A stretch of 64,000 nucleotides of DNA from Macrostomum lignano (taxonomy: Eukaryota). Position numbers and translations under genes: made by a program. Position 1 is the stretch's first letter, and each line of letters opens with the position of its first letter. Below are positions 33,601 through 44,926 of the stretch, in pieces. Below the pieces are notes generated by a model that saw only the letters and a list, made by a program, of their open reading frames with translations, had not been told where the DNA came from and made no database searches. Location of the stretch: the NCBI GenBank assembly GCA_002269645.1, contig NIVC01000992.1, forward strand, positions 62,001-126,000, in the 5' to 3' direction.

Positions 33601-36352
33601 CTGAAGCATCTGAAAGAGCTCAAACTGCATGGCAACAGCCTGGCAACACCAGTCACCTGCCTGTGCGTGCCAAGTTTGCAAAAATTGTTTTTAAGTTATC
33701 CAAAGAAAACGAAGACTACTGAATCTCCCGAGGTATGGAATTTCATGCGGTCATTGTTGGAACTGTCTACCGTATTCATAATCCCAAATTATAAATCCCA
33801 ACAATATTCAAATCCCAAATTATATGAATCCCAACAATATTCAAATCCCAAATTATATGAATCCCAAAAATATTCAAATCCCAAATTATATGAATCCCAA
33901 CAATATTTAAATCCCGAATTATATGAATCCCAACAATATTCAAATCCCAAATTATATGAATCCCAACAATATTCAAATCCCAAATTATATGAATCCCAAC
34001 AATATTTAAATCCCGAATTATATGAATCCCAACAATATTTAAATCCCGAATTATATGAATCCCAACAATATTCAAATCCCAAATTATAAATCTCAACAAT
34101 ATTTATAAATCCCTAATTATATGAATCCCAACAATATTCAAATCCAGAATTATATGAATCCCAACAATATTCAAATCCCAAATTATATGAATCCCAACAA
34201 TATTTAAATCCCGAATTATATGAATCCCAACAATATTCAAATCCCAAATTATAAATCTCAACAATATTTATAAATCCCTAATTATGAAACCCAACAATAT
34301 TCTAATCACAATTTTCAGATTGTGGAAAAAGTTGTACCTGTGTCTAGATAAAGAACCAAATCGTATTTTTAATTACTAGAGATTACTAGTTTACTAAATT
34401 ACCACAACAAAAACTAAAGATTTTACCTGTTCTTGTAAATTAATATTTTAGGTGGCCGCTAAGCAAAGTCTGGCTGGTTGCCCCTGTCAGGCAGCAGAAG
34501 CCTCTCCGGTACCGACTTCTAAGGGTGCCATTGTCGGCGTGGTTTTCGGTGTAGTGTTAGCATCTCTCATCGTTTTAGTCCTCATCGCCTACTGTTGGAG
34601 GACAGGGAAAAAGCGATGTTGGTCTGCAGTTAGTAGAGAGTGAGTTAATTCACTTCATATCCGAAACTGCACTCAAATCCCGAAGCTTCACTGCAATCCC
34701 GAAACTTCACTACAATCCCGAAACTTCACTACAATCCCGAAACTTCACTACAATCCCGAAACTTCACTACAATCCCGAAACTTCACTACAATCCCGAAAC
34801 TTCACTACAATCCCGAAACTTCACTACAATCCCGAAACTTCACTACTACAATCCCGAAACATCAGTACTACTATCCCGAAACATCACTACTACAATCCCG
34901 AAACTTCACTACAATCCCGAAACATCACTACTACAATCCCGAAACTTCACTACTTAAATCCCGAAACATCACTACTACAATCCCGAAACATCACTACTAC
35001 AATTCCGAAACTTCACTACAATCCCGAAACTTCACTACTACAATCCCGAAACATCACTACTAAAATTCCCAAACTTCACTACAATCCCGAAACTTCACCA
35101 CTACAATCCCAAAACTTCACTACTACAATTCCGAAACTTCACTACTACAATCCCGAAACTTCACTAATACAATTGCGAAACTTCACTAATGCAATCCAAA
35201 ACTTCACTACTACAATCCCGAAACTTCACTACTACAATCCCGAAACTTCACTACTTAAATCCCGAAACTTCACTGCAATCCCGAAACTTCACTACTTAAA
35301 TCCCGAAACTTCACTGCAATCCCGAAACTTCACCACTACAATCCCAAAACTTCACTACTACAATTCCGAAACTTCACTACTACAATCCCGAAACTTCACT
35401 AATACAATTCCGAAACTTCACTAATGCAATCCAAAACTTCACTACTATAATCCCGAAACGTCACTATTTAAATCCCGAAACTTCACTACAATCCCGAAAC
35501 TTCACCACTACAATCCCGAAACTTCACTACTACAATCCCGAAACTTCACTACTACAATTCCGAAACTTCACTACTTTAATCCCGAAACTTCACTATTTAA
35601 ATCCCGAAACTTCACTACAATCCCGAAACTTCACCACTACAATCCCAAAACTTCACTACTACAATTCCGAAACTTCACCACTACAATCCCAAAACTTCAC
35701 TACTACAATTCCAAAACTTCACTACTACAATTCCAAAACTTCACTACTACAATTCCGAAACTTCACCACTACAATCCCAAAACTTCACTACTACAATTCC
35801 AAAACTTCACTACTACAATTCCAAAACTTCACTACAATCACGAAACTTCACTACTAAAATTCCCAAACTTCACTAGAATACCGAAACTTCACTACTTAAA
35901 TCCCGAAACTTCACTATTTAAATCCCGAAACTTCACTACTTAAATCCCGAAACTTCACTACAATCCCGAAACTTCACTACTACAATCCCGAAACTTCACT
36001 ACTTAAATCCCGAAACTTCACTACTTAAATCCTGAAACTTCACTACAATCCCAAAACGTCACTACTACAATTCCGAAACCTCACTACTATAATCCCGAAA
36101 CTTCACTAATACAATTCCGAAACTTCACTGCAATTCCGAAACTTCACAACAACCAGCAGAAGTATGGAAGCCAATGGTGAAAGAGGCCGCTACCATAGCA
36201 ACAACAATGGCGATAATCGTCTCGATAGAAACAATCCGAACGACAACGAACGACACAGTCTTGGCTCGGATGCTCAGCTGAATCCGGGCTCCTTTCAAAT
36301 GGCCAATCCTAGTTACGGTGTTAATCTATCAGTGTCCCAGCGACAGCAGCAG

Positions 36353-36401
<49 letters not shown>

Positions 36402-36916
36402 TGCATGGCAGGCAGCTTCCACCAGCTCCAGCAGAAAGTGAAGAAGAAGCCGACGAAGGTACTTATTCCAGTCTGCTTCCGCAGCAGCAGCAGCAGCAGC
36501 AAAATCGGGGGAATCAACCGGCTTATCTAATCGTTTGCTGTCCTGAGGACAGTCAGGACTATTTTCCATCCAGTTGGCTCAGTCAGCCAGATGGCGATCA
36601 GTTCCGAGTGGTCACGGATAGGCGGTCTGTCCAGTGCGATAATAATCATCATAAACGGATTTTAATTGTTGCTTCGCCTCGGTTGGTGAACTATCGGCCT
36701 CTGCGGTCGGCTATAAGAGGCTTGCTGAAGCGGCGCCGGGCAGCTCTGCAGCCTGATGTGCTGGTTGCCATGCCGAATATCGTGAGTCAGGACGGCTTTG
36801 TCTGTCTGTGTGTCTGTCTGAGCCTGTCTGTCTGTCTGTCTGTGTGTCTGTCTGTCTTAGTGTCTGTGTGTCTGTCTGTCTGTCTGTCTTTGTGTCTGTC
36901 TGTCTTAGTGTCTGTG

Positions 36917-36983
<67 letters not shown>

Positions 36984-36984
36984 G

Positions 36985-37035
<51 letters not shown>

Positions 37036-37075
37036 GTGTCTGTCTGTTTGTCTGTCTGTTTGTCTGTCTGTCTGC

Positions 37076-37116
<41 letters not shown>

Positions 37117-37343
37117 AACCATTGTACCCAAGTGTCTCCTCAATTTAAAATGATCGAATCTCTCTTGAAACCAATAAATTTCAGACTGAGAACATGCAGG
37201 AGTTCGGAAACAGATTAAAAGAATACTGCAAGGAATTGAATGCATTGCATCACAAAAACGGACGTCTGGTGATCCTGAACCTCGGCGAGGCACCCACGGA
37301 TCTCATCAGACGCGTGGAAAATCAGGCTGAATCGGCTGTTTAA
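30644..37343 (+). CDS. Leucine-rich-repeat single-pass membrane protein; exons 30644-31437, 32763-33128, 33543-33732, 34452-34639, 36157-36781, 37185-37343
   Basis: Signal peptide, Cys-rich N-cap, LxxLxLxxN repeats ([36 protein letters not shown]), a TM helix ([21 protein letters not shown]) and a polyQ cytoplasmic region. All five introns are GT-AG with matching phases. Confidence 0.85.
32040..32665. repeat. 24-bp minisatellite in LRR gene intron 1
   Basis: Unit TTTATCCCATACACTAATTCCCCA. Confidence 0.95.
33135..33510. repeat. 24-bp minisatellite in LRR gene intron 2
   Basis: Unit AATTCCCCTGTCGCAACCTGTCTG. Confidence 0.95.
33780..34305. repeat. 33-bp minisatellite in LRR gene intron 3
   Basis: Unit AATCCCAACAATATTCAAATCCCAAATTATATG. 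Confidence 0.95.
34660..36148. repeat. 19/22-bp minisatellite in LRR gene intron 4
   Basis: Unit AATCCCGAAACTTCACTAC with TAC insertions. Confidence 0.95.
36798..37115. repeat. (GTCT)n microsatellite in LRR gene intron 5
   Basis: Direct tetranucleotide repeat. Confidence 0.97.
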
Positions 37344-37564
37344 AAGCCAATTCCATTTTGCACTCAGGCTGCACTTTATTTAGTATATTTTATTTATAAC
37401 GACCAAGGTTGGTTATTCCCACCGTCGGACGGACAATCAATCTCACGGTGAAAACTTCACTCAATTTATGCAAAATTCGTTTTTTAACTTGATTAGCGAT
37501 TAAATGACAATTGTATCACTTGCTATTACTTACAAGATTTTTATTACTCTTATAGACACATTTA

Positions 37565-37850
37565 GGTATCTAGCCACCTGTGTATCTAGGTACCTAGGTA
37601 TCTAGACATCCAGGTACATGTATCTGGGCACCTGGGTATCTAGACGTCCAGGTATCTAGGCGCCTGGGTATCTAGGCACCTGGGTATCTAGGCACCTGGG
37701 TATCTAGGCACCTGGGTATCTAGCCGCCTGGGTATCTAGGCACCTGGGTATCTAGACGTCCAGGTATCTAGGCGCCTGGGTATCTAGCCACCTGGGTATC
37801 TAGCCACCTGGGTATCTAGAAATCTATGTATCTATGTATCCAGACACCTG
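37565..37850. repeat. 16-bp minisatellite
   Basis: Unit GGGTATCTAGGCACCT. Confidence 0.9.
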
Positions 37851-38339
37851 AGTACCTTGACAGTTTGGAATCTTGGTAGATTTTTATTTAGTTTTTTGCA
37901 TTTTATTTTCGGACGTATATTATCTACTTAAACGATACGCTAGTAAGTAGTAAAGTAGATATTAGACACTTTTTTGTTGTCGCAGCTATTTCAGCGGTCA
38001 ATTCATCTATCTACAGTCATTAAAAATTCACACAGAATATTCAATATTTCATTCGAAACAGTCTAGATAGCTGTATTTATGTAATTTCATGTTTTTGAAG
38101 CCATGTCTTTTAATTAACTTTAAATACAAGATCTACAATTAAGATTAAGCATCTGCACGCAACTTATCTGCTTTAAGCATCAATGTTCTTATTAAAAAAA
38201 TGCTATATATATAATACTATAGCAGTATATTAATATACTTTACTAATATATTCACTTTATTATTGATAAAATTATTAACAGTGAAGCTTAAAATTTCCTT
38301 ATATTTAGTTGAAATTCGTCTTCTAATTACATGAAAACT

Positions 38340-38870
38340 CAAAACCAACACCACAGGAATCGCCCTCAAACCTCAACAGAAATCGCCCTCAAACCACAAC
38401 AGAAATCGCCCTCAAACCACAACAGAAATTGCCCTCAAACCACAACAGAAATCGCCCTCAAACCACAGCAGAAATTGCCCTCAAACCGCAGCAGAAATCG
38501 CCCTCAAACCACAACAGAAATCGCCCTCAAACCACAACAGGAATCGCCCTCAAACCACAACAGAAATCGCCCTCAAACCACAACAGGAATCGCCCTCAAA
38601 CCACAACAGAAATCGCCCTCAAACCACAACAGAAATCGCCCTCAAACCACAACAGGAATCGCCCTCAAACCACAACAGAAATCGCCCTCAAACCACAACA
38701 GAAATCGCCCTCAAACCACAACAGGAATCGCCCTCAAACCACAACAGGAATCGCCCTCAAACCACAACAGAAATCGCCCTCAAACCACAACAGAAATCAC
38801 CATCAAACCACAGCAAAAATCACCATAAAACTACAACAGAAATCACCACAAAACAACAAGAAGAATATCC
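38340..38870. repeat. 23-bp minisatellite with AATCGCCC core
   Basis: Unit AAACCACAACAGAAATCGCCCTC. Confidence 0.95.
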
Positions 38871-38998
38871 CCACAATCACCATGTAGCCACAAAGTACTT
38901 TTAAAGTACACCTCTTGGACCGCATGCAAAACGTATTGATTTCAAAATTTCTAGTTAAGAAGGCGACCATTATCAGGCAACAGAAAAATCAATGAATT

Positions 38999-41900
38999 AT
39001 GGCGGCCGCCTACGACCCAGATGCTCCACTATTGACCTTAAATGACCTGTCAGACGCCTACGCAACAGTTCAAAGCTCCGGTTTAATCCGTCGTACCCCA
39101 ATTTTAACTGACGTTGATCCGCAACTGCTGGGCCTGCCCGCCGATGTTGGCTACCGTTTGCACCTGAAGCTGGAGTGCGCCCAGCTGACCGGCTCGTTTA
39201 AACCGCGGGGTCTGGCCGTGCAGCTCGCCGGGTTGACTGGCGCCGGCAGCGGCCCCAAGCTGGTGACAATGTCGGCTGGCAACTACGGCCGCTCCTTTGC
39301 TGCCGTCTGCCAAGCTCGGCGCCTTCACGGCCTGGTGCTGATGCCCGACTCTGCTCCGCGGCACCGGGTTGATCACATCCGGGTGAGCCTGCTGTGTCTG
39401 TCTGCCTGTCTGTCGTAGTGTCTGTCTGCCTGTCTGTCTTTCTGTGTGTCTGTCTGCCTGCCTGTCTGTCTGTCTGTCTGTCTGTCTGTCTTTCTGTCTC
39501 TGTCTGTCTGTCTGTCTGTCTGTCTCCCGCCTGGCTTTTTCATCCGGTGCTCGTCCGGCGTTTATCCGGTTTCGTCCGGGTTTTAGACTTTTTCCGGATC
39601 AAATTAGAAGTTCATCCGTTTATCGTCCGCTTTCAGCTTTCGGACCAACGTCAGGAGTGAATTCCGGGTGAAATCCGGATGAAAGTCGTTTTTTCGGACT
39701 TTTGGTCCGCCCTATGTCCGGATCTGAATCCGGTTGCTCTGTGCATGAGAAACCGGGCTTAGAACAGAACTAAATTCCGGATGACTTCTGGATGTCTGCA
39801 AATTAGCATCCGGAAATTCATCCGATCCTACGCCCGGTGTCGCAGCCGCCTAGAAGCGGGGTAAACGACGGACATGTATTCTGGACCTTCAACGCAGGCC
39901 CTTCAACATCTGGGCAAGGTTTGTTGGCCGGCTCCGATGACAGTCTGCATAGTCCGGCGGACGAGACTGAGGAGCCTGATTTGGAGACCAACTTTGCAAC
40001 CAGTAGTTCTTTAACGGCGTCTCAGACTCAGTGCCTTTTACTGGCGTGTGACAGGGCGGCCTCTCAAGCTGGACCCTCTGAGACCTCAAGTGGTTTGGTT
40101 GCCCTGTCTCAGGCGCAGCCATTTTTTAAGGTATCGGCAACATGCCGTGCCGAATTAGATCAGCGGCACCGGGACTACTTGGAGGCAAGAGAGCAAAGGA
40201 GCACTGCCGATCTCGACGCCGCTGCCCGGTGCGACGCGACAGCCAAACAGGCAATGCTGCGGGCTCTAATTCGAGCAGTGTTTAATGACGCCGAGTTGGG
40301 CCACTCAACGTTGAGTGGTCGCAAGACGCCGGGCTACGTATCTACGCCAGCCAATCCGGCGAAGCTCGCCGCGGTAAATTTGTGGTTGCGTAATGCCAAT
40401 ATTGGGTTCTCCGAACCCGAACTGCGGCGAGCTTTCACCCGGTGCGGTGAAACTGCCCGACATCGATTAAACGTGCCCAAGCGCGTTCGCAAAGGAGCGT
40501 CTGAAGCTGAACGCAAATCGACGAAGAAGCTGGCTAAACAGTCGTCGTCGGTGCTCCGCGTTGTAACTGCCGGCGAGGACGCCCCTGAAAGGGACAGGAC
40601 TTCGACGTCTCGATCCGCTCCTGCTGCAACCGCTGCTGCGTTGTCGGGACACGGAGCCACGGGGGGCACCAGCGGCGATCGTACAGACGCCAATGCCGCC
40701 GAGTGTGCAGAGAATGCCGCCGACCTGTTGCTAGAACTCATCGGAAAGTAAAGTCAAAGATTGTAAGCAGACAAGTATTTTTGTAAGTCAAGAATTGTAA
40801 GTCATTTTTTGTACATGTAAGTCAAGATTGTAAGTCATCTTTTTGTAAGCCAATAATTGATAAGTCGGTAAGTCGTAAGGGAGTAAGTCAAGAATTGTAA
40901 GTCATCTTTTGTATGTAAGTCAAGAATTGTAAGTCATCTTTTGTATGTAAGTCAAGAATTGTAAGTCATCTTTTGTATGTAAGTCAAGAATTGTAAGTCA
41001 TCTTTTGTATGTAAGTCAAGAATTGTAAGTCATCTTTTGTATGTAAGTCAAGAATTGTAAGTCATCTTTTGTATGTAAGTCAAGAATTGTAAGTCATCTT
41101 TTAATAAAAGAATAAATGAAGTAGCCTTAAGGCTAATTGAACTAAAGAATAAATGGCTTAATGAATTGAATTGTTGAAATATACTGCCACGTCTTTTCTT
41201 TCCTCTTTTACTTTGCTTCAGCAACACGCAAATTATACACGGACGTAGTATGGATTTCATACCTGCTCGTAACGTACTGCACATCCGATTTCTTTTCCGC
41301 TTTGGCCGTGTGTTGTGGAAATCCGGTTTTCGTCCGGAAACTGCTCCGGTTTCTTTTCCGCTTTGGCCGTGTGTTGTGGAAATCCGGTTTTCGTCCGGAA
41401 AAAGCTCTGCATGCTCGTCCGGTACCATGCGGATTGACACCCGGATAAAATTTCAGACCAACCCCGGACACTCATCCGGATGAATGGGTCTCCGCATGAA
41501 AGATTTTCATGTTTTGGTCCGTTTTGTAAACTTTTCGTCCGGCTTTTTCCCGGTTTTTTAATGGGAAAAATGCACTACGCACCGGACGAAACTCCGGAAC
41601 TCTCTTCGACCAATTTCCGGATGAAAAAGCCAGGCGGGCTGTCGTTGTGTCGGTCTGCCTGTCTGTCTGTCGTAGTGTCTGTCTGTGTGTCGGTCTGCCT
41701 GTCTGTCTCAGTGTCTGTCTGTCTGTCTGTCTGTCGTAGTGTCTGTCTGTCTGTCGGTCTGCCTGTCTGTCTTAGTGTCTGTCTGTCGTAGTGTCTGTCT
41801 GTCTGTCTGTCTGTCGTAGTGTCTGTCTGTCTGTCTGTCGTAGTGTCTGTCTGTCTGTCTGTCGTAATGTCTGTCTGTCTGTCTGTCGTAGTGTCTGTCT

Positions 41901-44900
41901 GTCTGTCTGTCTGTCGTAGTGTCTGTCTGTCTGTCTGTCGTAGTGTCTGTCTGTCTGTCTGTCTGTCGTAGTGTCTGTCTGTCTGTCTGTCGTAGTGTCT
42001 GTCTGTCTGTCTGTCGTAGTGTCTGTCTGTCTGTCTGTCGTAGTGTCTGTCTGTCTGTCTGTCGTAGTGTCTGTCTGCCTGTCTGTCTTAGTGTCTGTCT
42101 GTCTGTGTGTCCGTCTGTCTGTCTGTCTGTCTGTTGTCTTAGTGTCTGGGTGTCTGTCTTTTTGTTTTGTCTGTCTTTCTGTCTGCGATTGATAGCCCAG
42201 GAGGGCCAGCCCCCAAGGCACAGAGAGTGCACATGCCTGACGATTAGAAAGTCAGGGCCGCTGAACACCCTGTGCAGTGCAGTATTGGCGCGCTTTTAAG
42301 TATTCATGCTCAGGAGGCAGACTGGAATTATTATCATATCTATCTCCTTACCAGAGCCAAGGCGTCCTAGTGGAGACCTGCCCCAGTTCCGAGCTGCAGT
42401 CACGCGTTGACGCCAAGGTGGCCAACGAAGGCTACCAGTTCCTGCACCCGTTCGATGATCGGCCACTGATTGCCGGACACGCCAGTTTGGGTCTCGAACT
42501 GCTGGAACAGCTGTCTCAGGTACGGGTTGGATAAGAATTGCTTAGAAGTCTATATATGCAGTCTAGCATGTCCTTTTTTGTCTACTGACAATGGCAGTGA
42601 GCGCAAATTACATGTACTCCTGTTTTTAAATCGATTTAAACAAATTCGTTCAAGGTTGACACTGTTCTACTTGGCTGCGGTGGCGGCGGCCTCTCAGCTG
42701 GGGTTGCGGCCGCCTTAGCTTTGTCCTCGAAATCTCGGCTGCATGAAAATGGCCGCTCGGCTGATGAAGAACCGCGATCTCCTGTCGTGTACGCTGTGGA
42801 GCCTGAAACAGCTTGTACTATGCGGCTGAGCTTTGAACAGGTTGGGGAATGGGGTGGGTGACATGGAGGTTGGGGTAGGTGATATGGAAGTTGGTGTGGG
42901 TGACATTGAGGTTGGGGTGGGTGACATGGAAGTTGGTGTGGGTGACATTGAGGTTGGGGTGGGTGACATTGAAGTTGGGGTGGGTGACATGGAGGTTGGG
43001 GTGGGTGACATGGAGGTTGGGGTGGGTGATATGGAAGTTGGTGTGGGTGACATTGAGGTTGGGGTGGGTAATATAGAAGTTGGAGTGGGTGACATGGAGG
43101 TTGGGGTGGGTGACATGGAGGTTGGGGTGGGTGATATGGAAGTTGGTGTGGGTGACATAGAGGTTGGGGTGGGTAATATAGAAGTTGGAGTGGGTGACAT
43201 GGAGGTTGGGGTGGGTGATATGGAAGTTGGTGTGGGTGACATTGAGGTTGGGGTGGGTAATATAGAAGTTGGAGTGGGTGACATGGAGGTTGGGGTGGGT
43301 GATATGGAAGTTGGTGTGGGTGACATTGAGGTTGGGGTGGGTAATATAGAAGTTGGAGTGGGTGACATGGAGGTTGGGGTGGGTGAAATGGAGGTTGGGG
43401 TGGGTGACATGGAGGTTGGGATGGGTGAGATAGAGGTTGGGGTTGGTGACATGGAGGTTGGGGTGGCTGACATGGAGGTTGGGGTGGCTGACATGGAGGC
43501 TGGGGTAGGTGAGATGAAGGTTGTGGTGGGTGACAAGGAGGTAAGGTGGGTGAGATGGAGGTTGGGGTGGCTGACATGGAGGTTGAGGTGGGTAATATAG
43601 AAGTTGGAGTGGGTGACATGGAGGTTGGGGTGGGTGAAATGGAGGTTGGGGTGGGTGACATGGAGGTTGGGATGGGTGAGATAGAGGTTGGGGTGGCTGA
43701 CATGGAGGTTGGGGTGGCTGACATGGAGGTTGGGGTGGCTGACATGGAGGCTGGGGTAGGTGAGATGAAGGTTGTGGTGGGTGACAAGGAGGTAAGGTGG
43801 GTGAGATGGAGGTTGGGGTGGCTGACATGGAGGTTGAGGTGGGTGTAAGCAATCTGTGTCAAAAGTGTGTGCAGTCTGGGTCAAGTGTGTGAGCAGTCTT
43901 AGTTAAGGGTGTGTGAACAGTCTTGGTTAAGGGTGTGTGAGCAGTCTTAGTTAAGGGTGTGTGAACAGTCTTGGTTAAGGGTGTGTGAGCAGTCTTGGTT
44001 AAGGGTGTGTGAGCAGTCTTGGTTAAGGGTGTGAGCAGTCTTGGTTAAGGGTGTGTGAGCAGTCTTGGTTAAGGGTGTGTGAGCAGTCTTGGTTAAGGGT
44101 GTGTGAGCGGTCTTGGTCAAGGGTGTGTGAGCAGTCTTGGTTAAGGGTGTGTGAGCAGTCTTGGTTAAGGGTGTGTGAGCAGTCTGGGTCAAGGGTGTGA
44201 GTAGTATGGGTCAAGGTTGTGAGTAGTCTGGGTCAAGGTTGTGAGTAGTCTGGGTCAAGGTTGTGAGTAGTCTGGGTCAAGGTTGTGAGTAGTCTGGGTC
44301 AAGGGTATGAGCAGTCTAGTTCAAGGGTATGAGCAGTCTGTATTAAGGGTGTGAGCAGTCTGGGTCAATGTTGTGAGAAGTCTGGTTCAAGGTTGTGAGC
44401 AGTCTGTGTCATCAGTGTGTGAGCAGCCTGGGTCAAGTGTGTGAGCATTCTGGGTCAAGGTTGTGAGCAGCCTGTGTCAGTGCACAATGGAACCCGACCT
44501 CTCATCCAGGATCGGCCAGCCTTGATGCCGCAGGCGCGATCCATAGCTGGCGGCCTGGCGCCACCCTACGCCGGCGCCAACGCCTACCGACATTTGCGCC
44601 ATTTTGGCGCTCGCTCGCTGCTAGTTAGCGACGCCGAAATTGGCGCCTGTCAGCGCCAGCTGGCGCGCAACCTCGGCCTGATTGTGGAGCCGAGCGCCTG
44701 CGCTGGACTAGCGGCTCTGCTATTTGACCGGCTGGAGCAGCCTCCAGTGGGGGGTCTGTGCGTTGTGCTCACGGGAAGAAATGTGTCTCCAGAGGATGCG
44801 ATGCAGCACCGAAGGTCAGGAGGGGGGGGGGGTCAGCGCCCCCCCCCCGCGAGTGAGAACTTGGGCTTAGTAGGGGGTACCCAAGTAAAGTACGCACTCC

Positions 44901-44926
44901 AAAATACAGCCTTCAAATGCGTTTAG
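38999..44926 (+). CDS. PLP-dependent serine/threonine dehydratase (serine racemase-like) family enzyme; exons 38999-39382, 42355-42519, 42655-42840, 44510-44926
   Basis: [16 protein letters not shown] (PLP lysine), SAGNYG, HPFDD..IAGH, GCGGGGL, VYAVEP, GGLAPP and [12 protein letters not shown] motifs. Phase-0 GT-AG introns. The last ~35 codons are doubtful. Confidence 0.9.
39837..40751 (+). CDS. BEN-domain-like DNA-binding protein carried by the CMC-like element
   Basis: [50 protein letters not shown] matches the BEN consensus. There is no ATG at the ORF start, so it is probably spliced or truncated. Confidence 0.65.
   Translation: MSQPPRSGVNDGHVFWTFNAGPSTSGQGLLAGSDDSLHSPADETEEPDLETNFATSSSLTASQTQCLLLACDRAASQAGPSETSSGLVALSQAQPFFKVSATCRAELDQRHRDYLEAREQRSTADLDAAARCDATAKQAMLRALIRAVFNDAELGHSTLSGRKTPGYVSTPANPAKLAAVNLWLRNANIGFSEPELRRAFTRCGETARHRLNVPKRVRKGASEAERKSTKKLAKQSSSVLRVVTAGEDAPERDRTSTSRSAPAATAAALSGHGATGGTSGDRTDANAAECAENAADLLLELIGK
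40760..41100. repeat. 32-bp tandem repeat containing two GTAAGT per unit
   Basis: Unit GTAAGTCAAGAATTGTAAGTCATCTTTTGTAT. Confidence 0.93.
41640..42185. repeat. (GTCT)n / GTCTGTCGTA microsatellite (continues 39385-39525)
   Basis: Same tract on both sides of the inserted element. Confidence 0.95.
42841..43845. repeat. G-rich 21-bp minisatellite in dehydratase intron 3
   Basis: Unit GGTGACATGGAGGTTGGGGTG. Confidence 0.95.
43860..44480. repeat. 22/24-bp minisatellite in dehydratase intron 3
   Basis: Unit GTGTGAGCAGTCTTGGTTAAGGGT. Confidence 0.95.

Larger units (their letters stand above)
39526..41638 (+). mobile_element. CMC/EnSpm-like non-autonomous element (2.1 kb) in dehydratase intron 1, inserted in a (GTCT)n tract
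   Basis: Perfect 22-bp TIR CCCGCCTGGCTTTTTCATCCGG, 2-bp TSD CT, and dense subterminal TCCGG motifs at both ends. Confidence 0.85.

Noticed and set aside
34319-34350. Extra Cys-rich mini-exon (DCGKSCTC) in the LRR gene
   Set aside because: That reading does not match the phase-0 donor at 33732 and hits a stop. Exon 3 splices in frame directly to 34452.
36711-37293. TDRQ / CLSV repeat ORFs (also 39394-39671 and 41708-42299)
   Set aside because: Translations of (GTCT)n intronic microsatellites.
42636-43884. Several 250-400 aa ORFs ([21 protein letters not shown] repeats)
   Set aside because: Stop-free readings of a 21-bp intronic minisatellite. The real exon is 42655-42840 on the plus strand.
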